In this document: positions 27,815 through 36,528 of the stretch, in pieces
How the letters are laid out: each line of letters begins with the position of its first letter
Numbering within the stretch: position 1 is the stretch's first letter
Notes under the pieces: generated by a model
Told to the model about the DNA's origin: nothing
What the model saw: only the letters and a program-made list of their open reading frames with translations
Database searches by the model: none
Translations under genes and position numbers: made by a program
DNA from: a candidate division TM6 bacterium UASB124
GTDB lineage: Bacteria > Babelota > Babeliae > Babelales > RVW-14
Assembly: GCA_945897315.1 (NCBI GenBank)
Contig: CAMDFF010000001.1
Coordinates: forward strand, 106,366 to 170,365
DNA: 64,000 nucleotides
Direction: 5' to 3'

Positions 27815-28561
27815 CTACTGGTTGTTAAAACCGCCAGTTTCTATTTGTGCAGCAAGCTCAGGGCCACCAGATTTGGTGATTTCGCCATTTTGCAAAATAT
27901 GCACAAAATCAGGCTGCAGGTAATTTAAGATACGTGCGTAGTGGGTAATGAGCAAGACAGCCATAGAAGGGTTGTCTTTTTTGACTTGGTTGAGTGCTTG
28001 GCAGACGGTCTTAAGAGCGTCAACGTCGAGCCCAGAATCGATTTCGTCCAGAATGACGAGCTTTGGTTCAAGGACAGCTAGTTGGAGCATCTCAGCACGT
28101 TTTTTTTCGCCGCCAGAAAAACCAACGTTAATTGAGCGTTCAGCAAAACTCAGATCCATGCCTAGTAAATGACACTTATTGATGAGGTGCTCTGCAAACT
28201 CTTTAAGGCGTTTTTGTTTTGGGGTGCCATCATACAGCGCATTGTATGCTTGGCGTAAAAAATCTTTCAGCGTTACGCCTTCGACTTCGAGGGGGTGTTG
28301 CATTGCCAAAAATACACCGAGCTTGGCGCGCTTATCTGGTGTGAGGTCGTTAATAACTTCGCCATCAAAGCTGACGGTTCCATTAGTAATTGCATACCGC
28401 GGGTGTCCCATAAGGGTGTATGAAAGAGAGCTTTTACCTGAGCCGTTGGGGCCCATAATGACGTGAAATTCGCCTGCGTTGATACGCAAATTAATGCCAT
28501 TTAAGATGGCTTTATCTTCAACAGATACTTTAAGGTTTTCAACAGAAAGAAGGGTATTCAC
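27815..28561 (-). CDS. sufC: Fe-S cluster assembly ATPase SufC
   Basis: Motifs GPNGSGKSSL, GFSGGEKKR, LVILDEIDSGLD and LLITHY, with a length of 248 aa and a GTG start. Confidence 0.9.
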   Translation of the reverse strand: MNTLLSVENLKVSVEDKAILNGINLRINAGEFHVIMGPNGSGKSSLSYTLMGHPRYAITNGTVSFDGEVINDLTPDKRAKLGVFLAMQHPLEVEGVTLKDFLRQAYNALYDGTPKQKRLKEFAEHLINKCHLLGMDLSFAERSINVGFSGGEKKRAEMLQLAVLEPKLVILDEIDSGLDVDALKTVCQALNQVKKDNPSMAVLLITHYARILNYLQPDFVHILQNGEITKSGGPELAAQIETGGFNNQ

Positions 28562-28598
28562 GGCACAATCCCGGTTCAGAAAATTAATGTATTATTCA

Positions 28599-28716
28599 GG
28601 TTAAATCTAAATTCTTCGACTGCTTCTGCCTGCCGACCTGTCAGCCGTAGCCACGACAGAGCTAGGATGATTAGGTCTTGGGAGAGCCGGGAAGAATTAT
28701 CATCGACTAGGTTACC
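28599..28716 (-). ncRNA. Candidate structured RNA or 5' leader upstream of sufC (family unassigned)
   Basis: A GC-rich ~75-nt core sits in AT-rich spacer and is closed by AATTCTTC (28610-28617) pairing with GAAGAATT (28691-28698). Internal pairings on the minus-strand RNA are UAGC/GCUA and GACCU/AGGUC. It also contains ACAGGUCGGCAGGCAGAAGCAG, which resembles the SRP helix-8 sequence. Confidence 0.25.
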
Positions 28717-28725
28717 ATGAAAAGC

Positions 28726-28764
28726 AAAAAAGGCGTAGTCCTACATGAGAACTACACCTTTTTT
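28726..28764. terminator. Bidirectional intrinsic terminator
   Basis: A6-GGCGTAGT-11 nt-ACTACACC-T6. Lies downstream of the minus-strand stop at 28779. Confidence 0.7.
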
Positions 28765-28778
28765 GGAGATGGGATTAC

Positions 28779-29066
28779 TTATTTTTCATAATCATAGTTT
28801 GCTTGCTTCTGAGAACAGTTGGCTTGCGTTCCACATGTTCTCTTCTTATTTTTCGCTGTGGAATGACCAACAACGCCACCGAGTAGTCCGCCAGCAAGGC
28901 CTCCGGCAACTGCACCGCCTCCGCCACCGGCAATACCGCCGATACCAGCACCAGCAGCTGCACCAATCAGTGCACCACCAATAGTTCGTTGCTTTTTAGA
29001 GCACCCAGAGGTAACCAACAGGACGCCTACTAAAAGAATTCCAAAACATACGACAGCTTTTTTCAT
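28779..29066 (-). CDS. Glycine-zipper lipoprotein
   Basis: Lipobox LVTSGC, then GGALIGAAAGAGIGGIAGGGGGAVAGGLAGGLLGGVVG. Confidence 0.6.
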   Translation of the reverse strand: MKKAVVCFGILLVGVLLVTSGCSKKQRTIGGALIGAAAGAGIGGIAGGGGGAVAGGLAGGLLGGVVGHSTAKNKKRTCGTQANCSQKQANYDYEK

Positions 29067-29183
29067 GACAAAAACCTTCTATTTATTTATTATTAGAAAC
29101 ATTCACTAATAATATCCTAATAGAAAATATCAAAAAAAGAGAGGATTAAGAAAAATAATTTTAAAGTAAGCTGCTAGTCAGTA

Positions 29184-29717
29184 TTATCGCCCTATCAATC
29201 GTACGCCGCCACGGCAGTAGGGGCAGCAGCTATAGCCTGATGTTGGGCTATAAGTCCGTGTGCACTTGCTGCACATCAGATCGGTGATCAAATCGCCACC
29301 GCATACCGTGCATGAGTGGGCGCCAATCAGTGTTGACTGCCTGCGGCAATCTGCGCACCATCGAGCGCTTGCCTGCCTGAGAGCACGATTTTCAGCTTCA
29401 ATTTCTTGTGCGCGAGTATTGGCTGACGCGATATGGCGAGCATGAGCACGTTCGCGCATTTCTGCTACTTCATCGGCTTCTTGTTCATCTGCTGCTCGAC
29501 CAATGCTTGAGCCAACAAGGTGTCCAGCAAGGCCACCAATAACGGCGCCAGCAGCAGTATTGTGCCTACCAGCAACAGATGCTCCAATCAAAGCCCCACT
29601 GACGGTACCAACGGTACCTGCAGCGCCTTCTTGTCGTCCGCATCCACTCAGGATCAAAAGCCCTGCGAGTGCGCATAGCGAAACGATCAGTATCTTCTTA
29701 TTTAATTTCTTTGACAT
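29184..29717 (-). CDS. Lipobox/glycine-zipper protein with C-terminal double zinc-ribbon
   Basis: LILSGC lipobox, a GALIGASVAG...GAVIGGLAGHLVGSSIG zipper, a charged helix, and four Cys pairs (CADC, CTVC, CSKC, CPYC). Confidence 0.6.
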   Translation of the reverse strand: MSKKLNKKILIVSLCALAGLLILSGCGRQEGAAGTVGTVSGALIGASVAGRHNTAAGAVIGGLAGHLVGSSIGRAADEQEADEVAEMRERAHARHIASANTRAQEIEAENRALRQASARWCADCRRQSTLIGAHSCTVCGGDLITDLMCSKCTRTYSPTSGYSCCPYCRGGVRLIGR

Positions 29718-30123
29718 GGTCTATTCCTATCCAAACGGTAGCCCCTTTGTAGCGTGCTTTTACGAAAGCACCACTCTCTTGCAGTTTAATCAGCTCTTCG
29801 TTTGCTGGCAACTGCCCCAAGATAGTAAAATTGCTTCCAGGGCCAGAATACATAGTAATGTTGTTACCGTTAGTTTTTAGGTAAACACGCGTTTCGATCG
29901 TATATTTGAATGCCAGCATGAGACCAGAGGTTGCCAATAATACAAAAAGAAAAGCTACCAGCGCACGATTTTTGTGTTGGAGCAGTTTGCGCAAATAAAC
30001 AAACAGAAAAACCCATAGTGTCAGCACTGCTAACTGGATATAAAGCATGGGGGTGCTACGAATCGCTGTTGTGACCGTTGCTATGACTATGGACTCGGTA
30101 TTAAGAAGCGTAGACGGTTGCAT
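29698..30123 (-). CDS. Membrane protein with bacterial SH3 domain (BatE-like position)
   Basis: Two or three TM helices, then YSGPGSNFTILGQLPANEELIKLQESGAFVKARYKGATVWI (SH3b-like). It is the last gene after batD. Confidence 0.5.
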   Translation of the reverse strand: MQPSTLLNTESIVIATVTTAIRSTPMLYIQLAVLTLWVFLFVYLRKLLQHKNRALVAFLFVLLATSGLMLAFKYTIETRVYLKTNGNNITMYSGPGSNFTILGQLPANEELIKLQESGAFVKARYKGATVWIGIDHVKEIK

Positions 30124-30141
30124 AAAACTCTCATTCGTTAT

Positions 30142-31884
30142 TTATAAAAGCATCAAAAACCAGTAGTGAGCTTTGCTCAGAAGAGACTCTTTTTCTTGTG
30201 GTGAAAGGTTGTGAGATGCATATTTACCACCAGAGCAACTTCCTAAAAAGCTCATAAAATCATCAATTTTTTCATATTCAAAGCTACGTTGAATCAGGTA
30301 TGCTTCCACGTCATCCATGCTAAGAGATGCACTTGCTATGTTGTTTTTCTGGGAAATATAATTCATAAAAAATGTATATATGCCGTCTAAATCTTGTTTC
30401 TTTATAAGTGCCTTAAATGTCTTATTGTAATGAGCCTTTGTGCGGCTTTGCTTGGCGTAAATGTAAGCTAATACTGTTTTTAGCAATTCAATAATTTGTT
30501 TTGCTAAAAATGGCAGCGGGATCAGTAAGAGCAGCGCAAAAGCCCACCATGGCAATGCAGCCGGCGGGGTAGTGGGATTTTTGATTGGTATTGGTTTATC
30601 CGACTTTTCTGGCTCATGGTCTGGTGGTGTTGTTTTTGCTTCGGCTCTATCCCCGGTCTCTATCTGCGTGTTTGTTGGGTTGCCTGTGATACTTACGTTT
30701 AGCTGGGTGCTATGCAACGTTTTGATCTGGCGTGTGTTAGTATCAAAATATACGAAAGTCTGCGCAGGAATAGTAAAAGTGCCAGGATGAGTTGCCTGTA
30801 GCACAAACTCAAAATGCTTTTTACCAGTCATGAGTGGGTTGTTGGCATCCTCTATTGTTTCATTTTTCGATTCATAATACTTGATGCTCGGTGGCAGTTT
30901 GAGCTTAGGAATAGTTATATGGTCCAGGTCGCCTTTACCCTCTAAGTCTAGAGTAAAGGTGAGTGGTTCGTGTGTGTGTGCTTCGCCTGCTGAAAGCGTT
31001 GCCGTGTACTTGGTAAAATCGCCAACTCCATCGATGTGTTGATCTGTAGGTAGAGGCTTTACGGTGATGGCAACGGGGTTAGTTTTCAGCTGTACGCGCT
31101 CGGCTTGGTTGCCAAAAAAAGTGGCGAAAAAATCATCATCAAAAACACCTCCGTTGCTTCGACGCTGTCGCTGCACGGGAACCATTGCCTCAAGAGTGAT
31201 GGGGCCCAGAGTAAAAGATCCCTCTTTGTGGGGAGTGAGAAGATATTTTTTTTCAGAAATATTGTGGACTGTGCCATTTATTACCTCTTGTCGCTGTTGT
31301 AGCTGCTTAAGCTCTTTTATGGTGAAATCTGGTGATTCAAATTTGCCCATAGCCGCTTCAATAATAGGTTGGTTCGACATCAAGGTGAACGACAATTCAA
31401 TGACCTCGCCAAGGACTGCTTCGTTCTTGTTGGTAGTTAGCTTGGTAGACATCCCGTTCTGTTTGCCAGCGCTTTGTTGCTGAGCTGCTTGGGAGGGGGG
31501 GGTGATAGTCAGCGTTAGGATGTTTGATGCAACCTCGCGGCCTTGGTGGTGAACTTTGGCAGGGCCAATAGTAATAGTGCCAGGGGCTGCTGCTGCGACA
31601 GTGAAATGATATGATACATTAGATGAAAGCACCCCATTTATCATAGCCATATGGTTTGAGTTTTGTTGCCCAATCAGCTGCAACTGGTTGAGTCCATCAA
31701 GAACTGCTCTGCCTGTATTGCGGTCCCCATCACTTACTTCAACAACAAGATTAAATGCCTGTTTTGCCGGCTGACTGGTGCTATTATTTTGTGTTCGTAG
31801 TGTGATATTAAATGCCTGCGCGGTAGAGAACAATGCGCATACGATAAGTACATAAAGCATAAGAGAGATCCTCGCTACTACCAC
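30142..31884 (-). CDS. batD: BatD-like protein
   Basis: Signal peptide, ~450 aa of beta-rich repeats, a TM helix (WWAFALLLLIPLPFL) and a helical tail. Its position after batA-batB-batC matches BatD architecture. The start may be 31860. Confidence 0.6.
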   Translation of the reverse strand: MVVARISLMLYVLIVCALFSTAQAFNITLRTQNNSTSQPAKQAFNLVVEVSDGDRNTGRAVLDGLNQLQLIGQQNSNHMAMINGVLSSNVSYHFTVAAAAPGTITIGPAKVHHQGREVASNILTLTITPPSQAAQQQSAGKQNGMSTKLTTNKNEAVLGEVIELSFTLMSNQPIIEAAMGKFESPDFTIKELKQLQQRQEVINGTVHNISEKKYLLTPHKEGSFTLGPITLEAMVPVQRQRRSNGGVFDDDFFATFFGNQAERVQLKTNPVAITVKPLPTDQHIDGVGDFTKYTATLSAGEAHTHEPLTFTLDLEGKGDLDHITIPKLKLPPSIKYYESKNETIEDANNPLMTGKKHFEFVLQATHPGTFTIPAQTFVYFDTNTRQIKTLHSTQLNVSITGNPTNTQIETGDRAEAKTTPPDHEPEKSDKPIPIKNPTTPPAALPWWAFALLLLIPLPFLAKQIIELLKTVLAYIYAKQSRTKAHYNKTFKALIKKQDLDGIYTFFMNYISQKNNIASASLSMDDVEAYLIQRSFEYEKIDDFMSFLGSCSGGKYASHNLSPQEKESLLSKAHYWFLMLL

Positions 31885-32936
31885 GGCTTTTGCCCTTGCT
31901 GTTGCTGCTGCTGATTATTGCCGAGTTGTCGTAATAAAATATTTTTTTGTTTTTTTGATTCGTCTGCCTGTAAGTTTTCAAGAATAGCTTGCATGCGTCG
32001 ATCCTGCATAGTTTCTTGTTTTTTGTCGGCACTTTGCATACCCTCATTTAAGGCGTGTTGCTCAGTGGAATCATCTTGTTTTTCAGGTGATGTTTTATGA
32101 TCAAGGTCTTTTTGCTTCTGCTGCTCTTTGTCTTTGGTGGTATTGTCGTCAGGTTTGTCTTGTTTCCCTTGATCGGTTGGTGCGCTCGCATCTTCAGGGC
32201 TCTCTTTTCCGCCGTCTTGTTTTTTGTCTTTATCACCTTGCTGCTTGTCTTGGTCTACTTTCTCGTTGTCATCTGATGACGGATTATTGTCTTGCTGCTG
32301 CCCATTGTTTTTATTATTAGCGTCTGATTTCTGTTTGTCTTGCTTGCCATCTTGTTGGTTTTGATTGTGGTCTTGGCCATCCTGCTGTTGATCTTGCTTG
32401 TCTTGTTCGTCTTTTTTATCTTTATCTTTGTCTTTGTCTTTGTCTTTGTCTTTGTCTTTGTCTTTGTCTTTGTCCTGCTCTTGCTGCTGTTTCTTGCGAC
32501 GCAATTTTTCCAATATATCTTCAGCGCGAGCTAGATTTGTTTTTGTTTTTTCATCTGATGCGTCTTTTTTATATTCCACCACAGCGCTTTCTAGTGCTTT
32601 AATAGCTTTTTCAAGAGTAGGATCAGGAATTTTTTTGGAAGCATCGTCCCAATTTTCTGGTAGCAGGTGCACGCCATATTGCTCAAAGCTTTTACCAGCA
32701 TTAAACTGTGCTTGTTTTGCAAGTTTCTGATTGTTTTCGGCATGCGTGAGCGCACGTTGAAAATTGTGTGCTGCGCTTTCATATGAACTTGTTTTGTACT
32801 GAGCAACCCCCAAATTATAATTAATGAGAGCATCTTCAGGGTTTGCTGCTTGCTGGGCAAGCAAATTCTGTACGTCGTAGCCATATAAACTACCGGATCC
32901 GGTACATAATATAATGAGCAAAAATACGTAACTCAT
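31878..32936 (-). CDS. batC: TPR protein BatC-like with long K/D/Q low-complexity region
   Basis: N-terminal anchor and TPR (ALINYNLGVAQYKTSSYESAAHNFQRAL). The ATG at 32936 overlaps the batB stop (ATGA). Confidence 0.6.
   Translation of the reverse strand: MSYVFLLIILCTGSGSLYGYDVQNLLAQQAANPEDALINYNLGVAQYKTSSYESAAHNFQRALTHAENNQKLAKQAQFNAGKSFEQYGVHLLPENWDDASKKIPDPTLEKAIKALESAVVEYKKDASDEKTKTNLARAEDILEKLRRKKQQQEQDKDKDKDKDKDKDKDKDKDKKDEQDKQDQQQDGQDHNQNQQDGKQDKQKSDANNKNNGQQQDNNPSSDDNEKVDQDKQQGDKDKKQDGGKESPEDASAPTDQGKQDKPDDNTTKDKEQQKQKDLDHKTSPEKQDDSTEQHALNEGMQSADKKQETMQDRRMQAILENLQADESKKQKNILLRQLGNNQQQQQQGQKPW
32418..32474. repeat. Hexanucleotide tandem repeat (ATCTTT)2(GTCTTT)7 inside batC
   Basis: Read directly from the sequence. 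It encodes the (KD)n run DKDKDKDKDKDKDKDKDKDKK on the minus strand. Confidence 0.9.
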
Positions 32937-33922
32937 AGTAGCCACTCCAGTGCTAGTAGTAACCACGCGGCACCTAAAAACCATGGGTACTGATCGTGGA
33001 ACAGCGATACTGTTTTATTCTCGTAGCGCTCTTTTTCGTGCGATTGCACAAAACGCACAATGCTTTGCACATCATCATCGCCATACGCCGCACGCTGATA
33101 CTCGCCATGTAACGAACTGGCAAGCTCTTGGAGTATCTGCTCATTAAGCTTTGAAAGGGCAATGGATCCCTGTTCGTCGGTTTCATGTCCTTGTGGCTTT
33201 CCGTAGACATCAAACTTTGGAATTGGTGCGCCTTCTGGTGTTCCAACACCTAGAGCAAAGAGTGATATCCCATCATCAGTGGCCTGTTTTTTGATGCGGT
33301 GAAGATTTGTAGAAAAATCTTCACCATCGGTAAGCAAAAGAACAAGCTTGTTCTTACGTTGGCCAGCTTGCTTGAAAGTCTCAAGCGCTTTTTGTAAAGC
33401 ATGATCTAGCGCTGTTGTTCCGGAAGAAATTACTTCAGGGTCAACATTTTCAAGAAACATTAAAAAGGCGTGCTTGTCAGCAGTCATGGGGCATTGCAAG
33501 AAAGCAGAGCCAGAAAACAAAATAAGCCCAACGCGCTCACAACTGAGTTGCTGTAGCAAGCTTCGTATTTTAAGTTTAGCGAAAGAAATACGGTTTGGTT
33601 TGAGATCTTGTGCTCGCATGCTGCCAGAGATATCAAGTAACACGAGTAAGTCTCGCCCCTCTTGCATAACGCTTTGTTCTTGCTTCCCCCATTGTGGTCG
33701 TAAAAAAGCAAGGAAAATTGACCCAATAGCACAGCACGTGAGCAGTGCTTTGGTAAAGCTGCGCTTGCTGCCCATGAGGTGCAGCATATTTTTATGTGTT
33801 TTTGCGAGCAATGCAAAAGCACCCATTGTTTTGTAGGTTCTAAAAATAATTAGTGCCACGGCCAGCATGAAAAGTGGAAGCCACACTGCATTTTCTATAT
33901 GCGCCCAGTGAATAAAGCTCAT
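32933..33922 (-). CDS. batB: VWA-domain membrane protein BatB-like
   Basis: Two N-terminal TM helices, a MIDAS motif LLDISGSM, and LLTDGED. Confidence 0.8.
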   Translation of the reverse strand: MSFIHWAHIENAVWLPLFMLAVALIIFRTYKTMGAFALLAKTHKNMLHLMGSKRSFTKALLTCCAIGSIFLAFLRPQWGKQEQSVMQEGRDLLVLLDISGSMRAQDLKPNRISFAKLKIRSLLQQLSCERVGLILFSGSAFLQCPMTADKHAFLMFLENVDPEVISSGTTALDHALQKALETFKQAGQRKNKLVLLLTDGEDFSTNLHRIKKQATDDGISLFALGVGTPEGAPIPKFDVYGKPQGHETDEQGSIALSKLNEQILQELASSLHGEYQRAAYGDDDVQSIVRFVQSHEKERYENKTVSLFHDQYPWFLGAAWLLLALEWLL

Positions 33923-34908
33923 GCAACACCTCGCCAGATAGTTATTCGTAACAATAGCTCAAAGAAAAATAGGGCTAAAAACAGCCATATAAAAGATTCA
34001 AAAGCTTCATAAAATGTATGGAAAATATCTGTTTGCATATCAGTTTTTTCAAGCCTATCTATTTTTTCATACACGCTACGCATCTCTTTTGGGTTTCGCG
34101 CTAAAAAGAACTCTCCGCCAGTTTTTTCTGCGATCGTTTTGAGAAGGGTGGTATTTACTTTAGTTTGTCCAGATTGCAGGCCAAACAGAGGATGCATAAA
34201 AAATCCACCTTGGTCATTACCTATCCCAATTGTATAGACTTTTATCTTGTGCTGTTGCGCAAGCTCGATAGCAGTTTCTGGTGGTATTTTTTCAGGAGAT
34301 GGCTCCCCGTCCGTTAACAAAATAATGATTTTACTTTTTGCTTTAGCATTTTTAAGACGATTAACTGCTGTCGCAAGTCCGGTGCCAAGCGCTGTGCCCT
34401 GTGGGTCTAGAAGTCCGATCTGAACGCTCCCAACAAGCTCTTTTAAGATATGTTTGTCCAGCGTGAGCGGACAGCGTGATATGGCATCATTAGCAAATAG
34501 AACCAATCCAATAGGGTCGTTGGTCCTCTTTTCAATAAAACGAATAGCCTCTGCTTTTGCAACATCAACACGCATGCGTCGATCCTGTGCATCATCAAAG
34601 AGTTCCATACTGCCAGAGATATCGAGCGCAATCACAATATCAATACCCTCAACATTAACTTTTGATCGCTCGTCAGCCCACTGTGGGCGTGCTGCTAAAA
34701 ATGCCAAAAATCCAAGGATACATAAGCGACACGCATAGAGGAAATATTTAATGCCACACGATTTTTGTAGTTGGTTTTTGGTGATCATGCTTGTTAGCGG
34801 GTAGACGTACCAAGTGCGCCGCATAATAAAGAATTTTATGCATGCTACGGCAACTAAAAGTGCGCCAAGCACATAAAGAACGTAGGGGTAGGCGATGTGT
34901 AAAAACAT
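33919..34908 (-). CDS. batA: VWA-domain membrane protein BatA-like
   Basis: N-terminal TM helices, a MIDAS motif ALDISGSM, LLTDGEPS and a C-terminal TM helix. ATGA overlap with batB. Confidence 0.8.
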   Translation of the reverse strand: MFLHIAYPYVLYVLGALLVAVACIKFFIMRRTWYVYPLTSMITKNQLQKSCGIKYFLYACRLCILGFLAFLAARPQWADERSKVNVEGIDIVIALDISGSMELFDDAQDRRMRVDVAKAEAIRFIEKRTNDPIGLVLFANDAISRCPLTLDKHILKELVGSVQIGLLDPQGTALGTGLATAVNRLKNAKAKSKIIILLTDGEPSPEKIPPETAIELAQQHKIKVYTIGIGNDQGGFFMHPLFGLQSGQTKVNTTLLKTIAEKTGGEFFLARNPKEMRSVYEKIDRLEKTDMQTDIFHTFYEAFESFIWLFLALFFFELLLRITIWRGVA

Positions 34909-34928
34909 GTAATAAAGCCTCCGTAGGG

Positions 34929-35660
34929 TTAAATGGCTTTGCTAAGCATGCTTGCACAGGTACTATGCACGCGTTGTACAAATGCTTCTCGTGATTCGTT
35001 ACTGTCTCGTCGTAAGAGGTTACCTATGATTATTTTAATCGTCTTATCTGAAGAATCAATCAATAATCCATGCTTTGGTAGAATGAGATGTAAATCTTTT
35101 ACTGTTATTGGCAATACCGGGCGCTTGGTTAGCTCTTCTGCAAGGGCAAAGCCAGCCTTAAAGGGATGTAGCTTTCCGTCAGTAAATCTGGCGCCTTCAG
35201 GAAATATGAGCATGTGCGCTTGAAACTGTTGTGCTTTCTGGGCAAAGAGAGCAATGCTTTTTGCTGCGTTGCTTGCGTGTAGCCTATCTACGCTGACATG
35301 CATGCGTTGTAAAATAGTTCCGCCAATAGGAATTTTTTGATAACTTACTTTGCTGAGCCACACAAATGGTGCCCCCGCCATAAGAGCTTCTAGTAGGGGT
35401 ATATCAAGACTTGATGCGTGGTTCATAATGATTATTGCTGGCTGCTGCTGTAGAAGCTCACGAGGTCCGCTGATTATAAGTCTGATGCCGACGATCTTCA
35501 GTATGCAGAGGCAAAACCATGAGCTAGTTTTATAAAACCAGCGACGAGCAAGAGAGCTTCGTGAGGCGAGCGCTAGGGGGAAAAGAATACATGGTACGAT
35601 GAGCGCTGCCAGCAATCCTATGAACAGCCAGATAAAAAATGATTTTATTCTAGAGGCCAT
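34929..35660 (-). CDS. plsC: 1-acyl-sn-glycerol-3-phosphate acyltransferase
   Basis: HX4D motif NHASSLD and the FPEGARF motif. Confidence 0.8.
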   Translation of the reverse strand: MASRIKSFFIWLFIGLLAALIVPCILFPLALASRSSLARRWFYKTSSWFCLCILKIVGIRLIISGPRELLQQQPAIIIMNHASSLDIPLLEALMAGAPFVWLSKVSYQKIPIGGTILQRMHVSVDRLHASNAAKSIALFAQKAQQFQAHMLIFPEGARFTDGKLHPFKAGFALAEELTKRPVLPITVKDLHLILPKHGLLIDSSDKTIKIIIGNLLRRDSNESREAFVQRVHSTCASMLSKAI

Positions 35661-35668
35661 AGTCTTAC

Positions 35669-36520
35669 TTAGCTAAAGAACATCGTTGTGTATTCTTCGT
35701 TACGTTTGCGGCGATAAATACTGAGCATAAATGCTGTCCATATGGATTCAACAATAAAAATACCGTACTTGAAGCATAGGATAAGGCAACGGCCTTTCAG
35801 TGTAGCGGTGTGTGTGCTCAGTGTTGTTGTAATGTTTCCGAGCAAAATCTGGGGTGTTGGCTGGTTAAAAACATAAGCAATAAGCATAGACCCTCCAAGA
35901 TTTATCAGAAGCGCTATGCCGATAAAAATGGCAATAAGTGGAAGGTTGTAAATGCATAGATTAACACCGCGTTCTATGGCGCTGAAGAAGCTGTTGAGAG
36001 AGGGTATTGCTATATCAAGCCAGTAAAAAATAACCATAAGGCTGAGAGCACGTAGACAGATGGTTGCAAACCAAGGAATGCTAGGCAGTACGGTAATGCC
36101 ACCTGCGGTAATGAGAATGTAGAGCGCCATTACCAAGGCAAGTGGTGGAAGCATAGTGATTTGGCAGTATTTTAGCACGTTAATTGCGCAGTAGACGTAA
36201 TCATCAGATGCTTCTTCGCGGTGCATGAGTAGGAAAAAAAAGGTAGAGGCAAGAAACCAGATCATTGATTGGATGAAAAGAATGATAATAAGTAGGAGCG
36301 AATGGCTTTTGCCAATAGCGAGCAATGCTTCAGGGCTTGTTGTGTAGCTGCCAAGCACTATAAATAGCACTACGTCAGCAACAAAGAGCCACCAAAATGA
36401 TCTACCAAAAGCGTATGCGCCTTTTCCAAAACTTTTAAAACTAGATATTGTCATCCCCAGAAGACGGTGAGGACTGAGCGTATGGAGTGCGTTTTTCCAG
36501 GCGAGTAATAGTGCATGCAT
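35669..36520 (-). CDS. Hypothetical polytopic membrane protein (paralogue pair, member 1)
   Basis: Six to eight TM helices. Its N-terminus (LLLAWKNALHTL...FWWLFVADVVL) resembles that of 36529-37200. Confidence 0.5.
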   Translation of the reverse strand: MHALLLAWKNALHTLSPHRLLGMTISSFKSFGKGAYAFGRSFWWLFVADVVLFIVLGSYTTSPEALLAIGKSHSLLLIIILFIQSMIWFLASTFFFLLMHREEASDDYVYCAINVLKYCQITMLPPLALVMALYILITAGGITVLPSIPWFATICLRALSLMVIFYWLDIAIPSLNSFFSAIERGVNLCIYNLPLIAIFIGIALLINLGGSMLIAYVFNQPTPQILLGNITTTLSTHTATLKGRCLILCFKYGIFIVESIWTAFMLSIYRRKRNEEYTTMFFS

Positions 36521-36528
36521 AGCGGTTT

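Noticed and set aside
28599-28716. Calling this element the SRP (4.5S/ffs) RNA because of the AGGUC...AAGCAG motif.
   Set aside because: The motif would lie on the 3' arm rather than at a GNRA-capped apex. The required long helix-5 pairing cannot be built, because the 3' flank is AU-rich and runs into the sufC RBS. It is reported only as an unassigned structured element.
32340-32730. ORFs 32340-32534 and 32398-32730 (+) with poly-(LS)/(FV) translations.
   Set aside because: These are antisense or alternate-frame read-throughs of the (GTCTTT)n / KD low-complexity region of batC, and are artefacts of the repeat.
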